From an uncultured Actinomycetota bacterium (GTDB lineage Bacteria; Actinomycetota; Thermoleophilia; Solirubrobacterales; Solirubrobacteraceae): a stretch of 64,000 bases of DNA. The stretch spans positions 34,917-98,916 of the forward strand of contig CAVWTW010000008.1 of assembly GCA_963758035.1 (NCBI GenBank), written 5' to 3'. A program made the translations under genes and the position numbers. The notes below the pieces were generated by a model, which made no database searches, was not told the origin of the DNA, and saw only the letters and a list, made by a program, of their open reading frames with translations. Shown here in pieces: positions 54,825-63,567 of the stretch; position 1 is the first letter of the stretch, and the number at the start of each line of letters is the position of its first letter.

Positions 54825-56277
54825 CGGCCGGCTGCAGGTACGCGCCCTGCGCACGCAGGGCGTCCTGGAGCTCACCCACGTCCACCGCCCCCACGTCCAC
54901 CGCCCCCACGTCAACGGTGCCGGCGGCACCGGCCTCGGCGGCCAGCGCTGCGGCCGCGCCGGCCGCCTGACCCGTCAGCCAGCACTGGGGAATCTCCCGC
55001 ATGAAGGCCTGGGTCTGGGCATCGCAGGCGATATGGCGGCCCGCCACCAGCACGTTGTCCAGGCCGGTGGGCAGCAGCGCGCCGTAGGGCACCGAGACGT
55101 TCTCGAACGCCTGCGAGGGCGACGGTGAGACGCCGATCTCGTCGGGGTGGCGCACGCCGTGCTTCCACTCCTCGGCGCGCATCGGATGGCGCCCGAGGAC
55201 CCGCCCGGTGTGCCGCACGCCGACCTGCGGCGCGGAGAGCATGAGCCACGCGCGCTCAAATCCGGGCGCGTGACGCCGGAAGTGGTCCAGGTGCGCGAGC
55301 ATGCGCCGCCGCGACTGGATCTCCACCCGCGTCAGGTCCGCGACGTCGAGCCCGCTGTAGCCGCGCAGGCGTGGCCCGAGGAAGAGCGCGACGTCGTCGC
55401 GCCACCCGATCACCGGCCGCTCGACGTAGCCGAGCGCGTCGCGGGCCTCCTCCATCAGCTCGCGGTGCCCCTGGGGGTCCTCGCGCTTGAAGGCCAGCCA
55501 GCGCGCGAAGTCGACCCCCGCCCACGTCCACCCGGTGTTGAGGCAGTGCTGGATGTTGCTCTCGCTGCCGTCGGCGTCTGACTGAAACGGGGCGCCCGCC
55601 CGCCGGCATATGTCGAGGTCGCCCGTGGCGTCGATCACCACCCGCGCCAGCAGTGCCCGGCGCCCCTGCTTGCTCTCGAAGATGACCCCGCTCACGTTGG
55701 CGCCGTCGCGCACCACGTCCACCGCCCAGCTGTGGAGCAGGAACCGGACGCCCGCCGCCGCCAGCAGCTCGACGGAGGCCAGCTTGAGCCACTCGGGGTC
55801 GATCATCGGCGACCAGGTGACCACGCCGCGGAACGCGCCCTGCCGCCCACCCCAGTGCGCGACCGCGTCCTCGTTGCGCGAGCCCCACTGGTCCTCGGGC
55901 GCGCCGGCGACGGCGTGACCGGGGAGCTGCTCGAGGATCTCGCGCGCGAAGCCGCCGATGACGAGCCGCCCGGTCCAGTCGGTCATCCGGTCGATCCAGA
56001 TCACCAGCCCCCCGGTGGAGAGGCCGCCGAGGTGGTTGTAACGCTCCACCAGGGTCACCTCCGCGCCGAGCCGCCGCGCGGCGAGGGCGGCGGCGCAACC
56101 CGCCGGACCGCCGCCGACGACGAGCACGTCGGTCTGCGCGTGCACGGGCGTCTCGCGCGGGGACTCGTAGACGGTCATCCCCGGCGGCGCCGGCCGCGGC
56201 GTCAGCTCGTCGCCGACGAGATCCGCCGTGCCGGAGATGTCACTGGCGCCGTGGTAGAGCTCGCTGCCGCCGCTCAT
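54796..56277 (-). CDS. FAD-dependent oxidoreductase (FAD_oxidored family)
   Basis: Dinucleotide-binding VLVVGGGPAGCAAALAARRLGAEVTLVE. The C-terminus carries a VDVGA repeat. The 3' end overlaps ogt by 29 nt (convergent). Confidence 0.8.
   Translation of the reverse strand: MSGGSELYHGASDISGTADLVGDELTPRPAPPGMTVYESPRETPVHAQTDVLVVGGGPAGCAAALAARRLGAEVTLVERYNHLGGLSTGGLVIWIDRMTDWTGRLVIGGFAREILEQLPGHAVAGAPEDQWGSRNEDAVAHWGGRQGAFRGVVTWSPMIDPEWLKLASVELLAAAGVRFLLHSWAVDVVRDGANVSGVIFESKQGRRALLARVVIDATGDLDICRRAGAPFQSDADGSESNIQHCLNTGWTWAGVDFARWLAFKREDPQGHRELMEEARDALGYVERPVIGWRDDVALFLGPRLRGYSGLDVADLTRVEIQSRRRMLAHLDHFRRHAPGFERAWLMLSAPQVGVRHTGRVLGRHPMRAEEWKHGVRHPDEIGVSPSPSQAFENVSVPYGALLPTGLDNVLVAGRHIACDAQTQAFMREIPQCWLTGQAAGAAAALAAEAGAAGTVDVGAVDVGAVDVGELQDALRAQGAYLQPAVRRATARAG
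54875..54914 (-). repeat. 15-bp coding tandem repeat x about 2.6 (CCCACGTCCACCGCC), encodes (VDVGA)n
   Basis: Read directly; the protein reads GTVDVGAVDVGAVDVGEL. Confidence 0.85.
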
Positions 56278-56368
56278 GTGCCGAAATTAACACCGCGACC
56301 CGTCCGCTCCAAATCGCGTTTGTGTATGAGGGGTATCAGCCGGGCTGATGGCGCCCGTGAGAACGCGA

Positions 56369-57655
56369 TCAGCCGCCCTGATACCCCTGGGTGGCTGCGC
56401 CGAGCGAGAGCTCGTGGGCAGCAAGCCGAGGGCGCGGGAGCAGCAGCGGGGTGGCGAGCAGCAGCGCTCCCGCGATCCCGATCGCTGCGCGCGGGCCGGT
56501 GACGATGGCCAGGACGCCCCACACTGCGGTCAGCGCCGCGATGGTGGCGCTGCTCGACACCGACCACGCCGAGAGCATCCGGGCGACGCGGTCGGGCGCG
56601 GTCTGCTCGAGCCGATAGGTCGCCATCACCGGGTTGAAGATGCCGATGCACGTGACCAGGCCGAACTGGACCGCGATCACGAGCGCAATCCCGGGGACCC
56701 CTCGGCCGATGAAGATCAGCCCGATCGGCCAGGACGCGCGCAGCGCCCCGGCGATGAACATCACCTTCGCCTCCCCGGCGCGCGCGACGAGCCGAGGTGC
56801 CAACCGGGCGCCCGCCAGGCCGCCCACGCAGGGTGACGCGAAGGCGAGGGCGAACTGCCACGGCGCGAAGCCCAGGCGGGCGAGCATGAGGACCGACAGC
56901 AGCGGCTCGGTGGCCAGGATGAGCCCGTTGACCAGGATCGTGTTGAAGAACAGCGCGCGCAGCTGGGGATGAGCGAGGATGTAGCGCCAGCCGTCGAGCA
57001 GGTCGCCGGCGCGCAGGCGCGGCGCACCGGCGCGCTCGGGCCGTGTTTCGGTGTGCCGGATCGCGCCGATCCCGAGTGCGGAGAGCAGGTAGCTGATCGC
57101 GTCGGCGACGACGGTCGTCACCGGGCCCAGCAGGCCGATCGCCGCCCCTCCCAACGGCGGGCCGATCGCGGTCGCGCTCCACGTGGTGGATTCGAACCGC
57201 CCGTTGGCGACGAGCAGTTCGTCGGGCGCTACCAGCTCCTTGACGTAGGCGCCGCTGGCCGCCCGGAAGGCGTTCCTGGCGGCGCCGACGATGACGGAGA
57301 CCACGACGAGCTGGAGAAACGTCAGCCGCCCCAGCTCATAGGCCACGGGGATGCTCAGCAACGCCGCGAAGCGGATGAGGTCCATGGCCACCATCACGGG
57401 CCGCTTACGCCGGAACTCCACCCACGGTCCGAGCGGCACGGCGACCAGTGCGCCCACCCCCAGCCCCGACGCCGAGAGGATCGCCACCTCGGCGGCTCCC
57501 GCGTGCAGTACGCGGATGGCGATGATGGCAAAGGCGCCGAACCCCAGGCCGGTGCCGTAGGCGCTCACCGCGTAGGCCCGCCACAGCCAGGTGAAGTCCC
57601 TCCCCAGCGAGGGCCGGGGCTGGCCGGATTCTCTGCCTCGTCTCGCCTTCCTCAT
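56369..57655 (-). CDS. MFS transporter
   Basis: 428 aa with about 12 TM segments. The N-terminus RDFTWLWRAYAVSAYG is typical of EntS/DHA3-like MFS proteins. Confidence 0.85.
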   Translation of the reverse strand: MRKARRGRESGQPRPSLGRDFTWLWRAYAVSAYGTGLGFGAFAIIAIRVLHAGAAEVAILSASGLGVGALVAVPLGPWVEFRRKRPVMVAMDLIRFAALLSIPVAYELGRLTFLQLVVVSVIVGAARNAFRAASGAYVKELVAPDELLVANGRFESTTWSATAIGPPLGGAAIGLLGPVTTVVADAISYLLSALGIGAIRHTETRPERAGAPRLRAGDLLDGWRYILAHPQLRALFFNTILVNGLILATEPLLSVLMLARLGFAPWQFALAFASPCVGGLAGARLAPRLVARAGEAKVMFIAGALRASWPIGLIFIGRGVPGIALVIAVQFGLVTCIGIFNPVMATYRLEQTAPDRVARMLSAWSVSSSATIAALTAVWGVLAIVTGPRAAIGIAGALLLATPLLLPRPRLAAHELSLGAATQGYQGG

Positions 57656-57723
57656 GACGCGAACGAGAGATCAAAGCGCCCGCCCCGGACGCGGTGCGCG
57701 AGCCCGTGCAGAGGGCCTGCTGC

Positions 57724-59556
57724 TCAGGCGGCTGAGCCGCTGATGACAGCGGGATCAGCGGGCTCGGCGTACAGCCGGGTCACGTCCGCGGCGCGGCATT
57801 CGAGCGTGCGGCGCTGATTGAGATAGCCCTTGTCGGTGATCTCGCCGGCGTCGAGGCTGGGCGGCTGGGCCAGCAGCAGCAGCCGCTCGATCCGCGATGC
57901 GGATCCGGCCTGCCCGTTGAGGCTGCGCAGCGCCTCCGCCAGATGCGCGCGCAGCGTCGCGTCGTCGAGCGCGACGTCCTCGCCGGCGCCGGTCAGCCGA
58001 CGTGCCTCGGCCTGGTTGACCCACGCCATGGCCGCCACGTACCCGGCGTCGTGCCCACAGATGACGGCGTCCGCGAGCACGCCGGCCGCGCTGATCAGGC
58101 GGGTGCGCAACGCGCCGGCGGCGACCCAGGTCCCCGTGAGCAGTTTGAAGTTCTCCGCGATCCGCCCGTCGAACAGCATGCCCTGATTGGGGTCCTGAGG
58201 GTCGAGCGTCCGCACGGCGTCCCCCGAGCGATAGAAGCCCTCCTCGTCAAACGCGGTCTCGGTCAGGTCGGGCCGGCGGAAGTAGCCGGGAGTGACGTTC
58301 GGCCCCTTGACCCGGATCTCGAGGCGGTCGGCCACCGGAGCGAGCTTGATCGTGCAGCCGGGGATGGGCACGCCGATGCAGCCGGTCGGGGCGCCGAGGT
58401 AGTGCATGCTGGTCGCGCAGGGGGCGGTCTCCGTCGTGCCCCAGCTCGAGGTGAGCGGGACCTCGTGATCGGCATGCCGAGCGGCGAGCGCGCGCAGGCG
58501 CGCGGCCAGCGCTTCGGGCAGCGCGGCGGCGGCGTAGAACATGAAGCGCAGGCGGCTGAAGAACCGCTCGGCGAGCCGTGGGTCGTTCTCCAGCGCGGGC
58601 GCGAGCAGCGCGTACCCCGCTGGGACGTTGAAATACAGCGTCGGGGGGACGTCCGTGAGCGCGGCCACCGTCCGGCCGAACAGGGCCGGCGCCGGCTTGC
58701 CGTCGTCGATGTGGATCGTGCCGCCGTTGAACAGCGCGAGGTTGAGGTTGTGGTTGGCCCCGAAGGTGTGGCTCCACGGCAGCCAGTCGACCATGACCGG
58801 GGGCTCGGCGGCCAGGAAGGGCCAGATGGCCTGCAGCATCGCCTGGTTGGAGCACAGCATCCGGTGGGTGTTGACGACCCCCTTGGGGACGCCGGTCGAG
58901 CCAGAGGTGAACAGGAGCTTGGCCACCGTGTCCGGTCCCGGCCCGGCCCCGGGCTCACCAGCGGGGCCGGTCGGGTCGCCCGGGGCGCCCGCGAGCAGGT
59001 CATCGAGACGGAGCGCTCCCTCGCGCTGCCCGCGCGCGACGAGCGCCTGCGCCACGGTCGGCGCCAGCGAGTCGAGCGCGCCACCGAATGGTCCGGCGTC
59101 GTCGGCGAACACGAGCCCCGGATCGGTCAGCTCCGCGATGGCCCTGATGCGCGCGTGGTCAGCGCTCATCAGCGAGTAGGCCACGCTGATCGGCATCACC
59201 GGGACCTGCGCGGCGTAGGCGCCGAGGCTGACCAGCAGGTGCTCCAGCGAGTTGCCCGAGAGAATCATCAGCGGCCGGGCGGGGCCGAGCCCGAGCCGCC
59301 CGAAGGCTGTGGCCAGCGCGCGGGACCGGCGCTCGGCCTCCGCGTAGGAGAGGGTGATCCAGCGGTCGTCGGCGTCGCGCTGGGCGGCGAGGGTGCGGTC
59401 GGGGTGCTCGGCGGCCCGTCGCCGCAGGACCGCCGTGATCGACGGCTCGATCTCGCCCAGCGCCTGGCGCGAGGCGAGCACGATCGACCCATCGTCGCGG
59501 CGCTGTGACTCGATGTCCGGGGGTGCGAATGTCTGGAGTTCCAGCAGCGGGCTCAT
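57724..59556 (-). CDS. feruloyl-CoA-synthase-type (long FCS) hydroxycinnamate/cinnamate--CoA ligase
   Basis: ATG 59556 lies behind GAGGAGG. The N-terminus FAPPDIESQRRDDGSIVLASRQALGE is like the Pseudomonas-type Fcs as I recall it. AMP-binding motifs FTSGSTGVPKGV and WGTTET. About 610 aa. Confidence 0.7.
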   Translation of the reverse strand: MSPLLELQTFAPPDIESQRRDDGSIVLASRQALGEIEPSITAVLRRRAAEHPDRTLAAQRDADDRWITLSYAEAERRSRALATAFGRLGLGPARPLMILSGNSLEHLLVSLGAYAAQVPVMPISVAYSLMSADHARIRAIAELTDPGLVFADDAGPFGGALDSLAPTVAQALVARGQREGALRLDDLLAGAPGDPTGPAGEPGAGPGPDTVAKLLFTSGSTGVPKGVVNTHRMLCSNQAMLQAIWPFLAAEPPVMVDWLPWSHTFGANHNLNLALFNGGTIHIDDGKPAPALFGRTVAALTDVPPTLYFNVPAGYALLAPALENDPRLAERFFSRLRFMFYAAAALPEALAARLRALAARHADHEVPLTSSWGTTETAPCATSMHYLGAPTGCIGVPIPGCTIKLAPVADRLEIRVKGPNVTPGYFRRPDLTETAFDEEGFYRSGDAVRTLDPQDPNQGMLFDGRIAENFKLLTGTWVAAGALRTRLISAAGVLADAVICGHDAGYVAAMAWVNQAEARRLTGAGEDVALDDATLRAHLAEALRSLNGQAGSASRIERLLLLAQPPSLDAGEITDKGYLNQRRTLECRAADVTRLYAEPADPAVISGSAA

Positions 59557-59740
59557 CGTGGTTCGAACCTCCTCGTCTGCACCGGGGCGGCTCACATCAT
59601 CCGCCGCCTGCGCGGTTGTGGTGCCTCAGACGCAACAATCTTGTGGCAAAAGCGCGTGTAAAGGCGCTTCCATTGCACGCGGACGGCGATTAGCTGCGTC
59701 TTCGTTGCGCCAACGGCCTCTCTGGGCAAACATTCTGATC

Positions 59741-61360
59741 ATGACTGCGACCGCCCACCCCCACCACGCCGCGAGCCGGACGACCCTCGATCTCGACGGC
59801 GCCACGCTCACCATCGCCGACGCGCTCGAGGTCGCGCGGGGCCACCGGACCGTGCGGTTGTCCGAGAGCGCGGTGGAGGCCGTCCGAGCCAGCTGCGACC
59901 TCAAGCATGAGCTCATCGCTCGCGAGATCCCGATCTACGGCGTCACCACCGGGTTCGGCGACAGCGCGCACCGCCAGATCTCCCCGGCCAAAACGGGGAT
60001 GCTCCAGCAGAACATCCTGCGCTTCATGGGCGTCGGCACCGGGCCGATCGCTGCCCCCGAGGTCGCGCGAGTGACCATGCTGCTGCGCGCCAACTGCCTG
60101 TCCAAGGGGAACTCGGGGGTGCGCGTCGAGCTCATCGACCACGTGCTCGAACTGCTCAACCACGATGTGACCCCGTTCATCCCGGAGCGCGGCTCGTGCG
60201 GGGCCAGCGGTGACCTCGCCCCACTGTCCTACGTGGGCCGTGCCCTGGCCGGTGACGGCGATGTGCTCTACGACGGCATGCCGCGCGGCGCCGCGGAGGT
60301 CCTGGCCGAGCTCGGGCTCGAGCCGTTCCTGCTCGAGGCCAAGGAGGGGCTCGCGCTGACCAACGGCACGTCGTTCATGAGCGCGTTCGCCTGTCTGGCC
60401 GTCGGCGCCACGCGGGAGCTCGCCGATCTCGCCGACCTGATGACCGCGATGGCCTCCGAGGCCCTGCTGGGCAACCGCGGTCACTTCAACGCGTTCCTGT
60501 TCGACGACGCCAAGCCCCACCCGGGGATGGTCACGAGCGCGCGCCACATCCGCGAGCTGCTGGCCGAGTCCAACCTGGCCGCCGACAGCGACGAGCTGTT
60601 TACCGGCGGCATGGACGGCGCGGGATACCTCGAGCTCGACCGGCAGGTCCAGGACAAGTACTCGATCCGATGCGCGCCGCACGTGGTCGGCCCGCTGCGC
60701 GACGTGCTGGACTGGGTGGAGCAGTGGATCGCCGTCGAGATCAACTCGTCTGACGACAACCCGCTGTTCAACGTCGCCGCCGGCCGCGTCGAGAGCGGCG
60801 GCAACTTCTACGGTGGTCACATCGGTCAGGCGATGGACTCGCTCAAGGTGGCGCTGGCCAACCTCTGCGACCTCATCGATCGCCAGATCGCGCACGTCGT
60901 CGACGAGAAGTTCAACCGGGGCCTGACCGCCAACCTCATCCCGCGCTTCGAGCCCACGCACCCGGAGGCCGGCCTGCACCACGGCTTCAAGGGCCTGCAG
61001 CTCTGCGCCTCGGCGATGACGGCCGAGGCCATGCACCTGTGCGCGCCGACCACGATCCACTCGCGTTCCACAGAGGCCCACAACCAGGACAAGGTCTCGA
61101 TGGGCACGATCGCCGCGCGCGACGCCCGTTCGATCGTGGAGCTGGCCCAGAACATCGCCGCCATCCACCTGATGGCCTGCTGCCAGGCGCTGGAGCTGCG
61201 CGGCATCGAGCAGGCCAGCCCGCGGACGCAGGCGGCGTTCCACCGCGTGCGCGAGCACGTGCCCTTCCTGGACCGCGATCGCTACCTCGACGCCGACATC
61301 GCGACCACGGTGGCGCTCATCCAGTCCGGGGCGATGTCGGAGTTCGTGGCCTCCGTCTGA
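59741..61360 (+). CDS. MIO-dependent aromatic amino acid ammonia-lyase (PAL/TAL-like rather than HAL)
   Basis: ATG 59741. GVTTGFGDSA, the MIO triad GASGDLAPLS, NGTSFM and DNPLF. The selectivity region LQQNILRFMGVG (Phe-Met, versus FL in PAL, HL in TAL and SH in HAL as I recall), and HNQDKVSMG rather than the HAL NQEDHVSM. Confidence 0.8.
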   Translation: MTATAHPHHAASRTTLDLDGATLTIADALEVARGHRTVRLSESAVEAVRASCDLKHELIAREIPIYGVTTGFGDSAHRQISPAKTGMLQQNILRFMGVGTGPIAAPEVARVTMLLRANCLSKGNSGVRVELIDHVLELLNHDVTPFIPERGSCGASGDLAPLSYVGRALAGDGDVLYDGMPRGAAEVLAELGLEPFLLEAKEGLALTNGTSFMSAFACLAVGATRELADLADLMTAMASEALLGNRGHFNAFLFDDAKPHPGMVTSARHIRELLAESNLAADSDELFTGGMDGAGYLELDRQVQDKYSIRCAPHVVGPLRDVLDWVEQWIAVEINSSDDNPLFNVAAGRVESGGNFYGGHIGQAMDSLKVALANLCDLIDRQIAHVVDEKFNRGLTANLIPRFEPTHPEAGLHHGFKGLQLCASAMTAEAMHLCAPTTIHSRSTEAHNQDKVSMGTIAARDARSIVELAQNIAAIHLMACCQALELRGIEQASPRTQAAFHRVREHVPFLDRDRYLDADIATTVALIQSGAMSEFVASV

Positions 61361-61368
61361 GGCGCCCG

Positions 61369-61914
61369 CTACCGGTCGTCGGCGCCACGGGCGACCGCTT
61401 CACCCGCGCGGAACTCCTCCAGACGCGACTGGTAGCGATCGACGGCCACGTCGTGGGCGATATTGCCCAGCAGCAGGCGAAACGGCGGGTCATCGCGATC
61501 CAGCGTGTCGAGCAGCGCCTGCGCGGCCAGATCGGGGTTGCCCGGCTGGTAGCCGTTGTTCTCCTCTTGCTGAGCTGAGCGGCGCTCGGCGATCGCCTCG
61601 ATCTGCCGGCGAGCCTGCTCCTCACTGAGCTCCTCGATGGCGCCCGACACGCCGTAGCCCGCGTTGTTGACGACGACATCGAGGCGACCGAGGCGCTCGC
61701 GGGCCTCCCCGACGGCGGCGAAGGCGGCGTCGCGGTCTGTGACGTCGAGTTCGACGGGCACGACGGCATCGCCGTACTGGGCGGCGAGGTCGTCGAGCGT
61801 GGACGTGTCACGTGCGGTGGCGGCGACGCGGTCGCCTGCGGTGAGCGCGGCCTGCGCGAAGGAACGGCCGAAGCCGCGCGACGCGCCGGTGATGAACCAG
61901 GTGCGATTAGACAT
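61369..61914 (-). pseudogene. SDR-family gene with in-frame internal deletion of the catalytic core (probable pseudogene or remnant)
   Basis: The N-terminus is a canonical SDR (WFITGASRGFGRSF, DVVVNNAGYG, EQARRQIE) and the C-terminus is the family tail (AIAERR...PGNP...DPPFRLLLG). The roughly 100 residues that normally carry Ser and YxxxK are absent: 181 aa versus about 280. Confidence 0.55.
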
Positions 61915-61961
61915 CCCGTCCCCCTACCCGCAACAACCGCGCCTATCCAGAGACTCGGCCG

Positions 61962-62261
61962 CTACCCGCCGTAGGACCCGACCTCGTGGTAGAGCTTGAT
62001 GATCAGGTTCGTCGCGCCAGGCAGGTTGTCGAGGGTGCCCCGCACCTCGGGCAGCCGCTCGAGGCGCTGACGGTCCTCCACGCTGCCCATCTCGATGGCG
62101 ATCGCGATCGAAGTGCGATCGGCGCTCTGGAGGACCCGTGCCCTCAGGAACCCGGGATCCTTGACGACGTCGCCGAGCATCTCCTGCAGGCGCCCGATGA
62201 CGGCGGCCTCGTCTGTGGGATCGACCTGCCACACGTGGACAAGTACTGGGCTCTCGTTCAT
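61962..62261 (-). CDS. antibiotic-biosynthesis-monooxygenase (ABM/Dabb-fold) domain protein
   Basis: 99 aa; VLVHVWQV...FLRARVLQS.DRTSIAIAIEMGSVED is a ferredoxin-like ABM pattern. Confidence 0.65.
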   Translation of the reverse strand: MNESPVLVHVWQVDPTDEAAVIGRLQEMLGDVVKDPGFLRARVLQSADRTSIAIAIEMGSVEDRQRLERLPEVRGTLDNLPGATNLIIKLYHEVGSYGG

Positions 62262-62426
62262 CGACGCACCTCGCTTGTGGGCTTGTCTGCGGCCAGCGCG
62301 CGGTCCAAGGGGACTCGTGCTCGATCACATTGTGCTTGAGTGCGCGCCCAACGCGCTCGCTCGTTGGCCGAGCGAGCACCTCACGTGGGTGGTCCGGCCA
62401 CCGAGCACGGGGTAACGTCAGCCGTG

Positions 62427-63455
62427 ATGTCCTCGGTCAGCGACCGCATACCGCTCACCTCGCTGTCCAGCGGCGCGGGCTGCGGCTGCAAGCTGGCCGC
62501 CGCCGACCTCCTGCCGATCGTGATGGACCTGCCCGCGGCCACGGATCCGCGGGTGCTCGTCGGCGCCCCGACGGGCGATGACGCGGCGGTGTTCGCGCTC
62601 AGCGAGGAGCTGGCGCTGGTGCAGACCATCGACTTCTTCACCCCACTGGTCGACGACCCCTATGACTTCGGGCGGATCGCCGCGGCCAACGCGCTCTCGG
62701 ATGTGTATGCCATGGGGGGCCGGCCGATCACCGCGATGAACGTGGTCGCCTTCCCGCTCGAGCAGTTGGGGGGCGACGTGCTCGCGGCGATCCTGCGCGG
62801 TGGCCTCGACGTGGTGACCGAGGCGGGAGCGTCGGTCGTCGGCGGCCACTCGATCAAGGACGACGAGCCCAAGTACGGCATGGCCGTCACCGGGACCGTC
62901 GATCCGCGCCGGATCGTCACCAACGCCGGCGGTCTGGCCGGCGATGTGCTCGTGCTGACCAAGCCGCTCGGGGTCGGCGCGATCGTCACCGCCGCCAAGC
63001 GCGGCGGGGCGGGCGCAGATCTCGTCGCCGTCGCGGTCGCGGTGATGGTGGAGCTCAACGCGGCGGCATCGCGGTCGGCGCTTCAGGCAGGCGTCCACGC
63101 CATGACCGACGTCACGGGCTTCGGCCTGCTCGGGCACCTCCACAACCTCGCCCGAGAGAGTGGCCTGGCCGCCGAGGTCGACGCGGCTGCGGTGCCGGCG
63201 ATCGCCGGTGTCGAGGCACTGCTGCGTGACGACGGCGCCGTCTCGGGCGGTAGTGCGCGCAACGCCGAGTGGGCCGCGACGTTCGCCGCGATTCACCCGG
63301 AGGTCCCCGCCTGGCGGGCGCGCCTGATCGTCGACGCCACCACGTCCGGCGGCCTGCTGGCCGCCGTCGCGCCGCAGCAGGCCGATGCCATCGCCGGCGC
63401 CACGGTGATCGGCCGGCTCGTCGCAGGGGCGCCTGGCACGATCCGCGTGCGGTGA
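62427..63455 (+). CDS. selD: selenide, water dikinase (selenophosphate synthetase), Cys form
   Basis: [10 protein letters not shown] (Cys/Lys active-site loop, TGC codon rather than TGA), [34 protein letters not shown], and the PurM-like fold. ATG 62427. Confidence 0.93.
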   Translation: MSSVSDRIPLTSLSSGAGCGCKLAAADLLPIVMDLPAATDPRVLVGAPTGDDAAVFALSEELALVQTIDFFTPLVDDPYDFGRIAAANALSDVYAMGGRPITAMNVVAFPLEQLGGDVLAAILRGGLDVVTEAGASVVGGHSIKDDEPKYGMAVTGTVDPRRIVTNAGGLAGDVLVLTKPLGVGAIVTAAKRGGAGADLVAVAVAVMVELNAAASRSALQAGVHAMTDVTGFGLLGHLHNLARESGLAAEVDAAAVPAIAGVEALLRDDGAVSGGSARNAEWAATFAAIHPEVPAWRARLIVDATTSGGLLAAVAPQQADAIAGATVIGRLVAGAPGTIRVR

Positions 63456-63471
63456 GCGAGATCACCCGCTT

Positions 63472-63563
63472 GGAGCGGCCCGGGGCCGGTGCCCCGAACG
63501 GCCTTCAAAGCCGTTGGCGGCGCCTCGACAGCGCCGGGAAGGTTCGACTCCTTCGCCGCTCCG
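63472..63563 (+). tRNA. selC: tRNA-Sec (anticodon UCA)
   Basis: Folded by hand. 8-bp acceptor stem GGAGCGGC/GCCGCUCC. 6-bp D stem CGGGGC/GCCCCG with a 4-nt loop. 6-bp anticodon stem AACGGC/GCCGUU with loop CUUCAAA (UCA at 63505..63507). Long variable arm CGGCGC-CUCGACA-GCGCCG. 5-bp T stem GAAGG/CCUUC with loop UUCGACU. Discriminator G; CCA is not encoded. Confidence 0.9.
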
Positions 63564-63567
63564 TACG

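Noticed and set aside
59557-59740. Small inverted repeats (GCGTG...CACGC, GACGCAAC...GTTGCGCC) in the lyase/ligase divergent spacer, considered as operator sites.
   Set aside because: The pairs are imperfect, of the kind expected by chance in 184 bp. No cognate regulator gene is adjacent.
62427-63455. selD itself as a selenoprotein (in-frame TGA at the active-site loop).
   Set aside because: The loop is encoded as GGC TGC GGC TGC AAG (Cys). There is no in-frame TGA.
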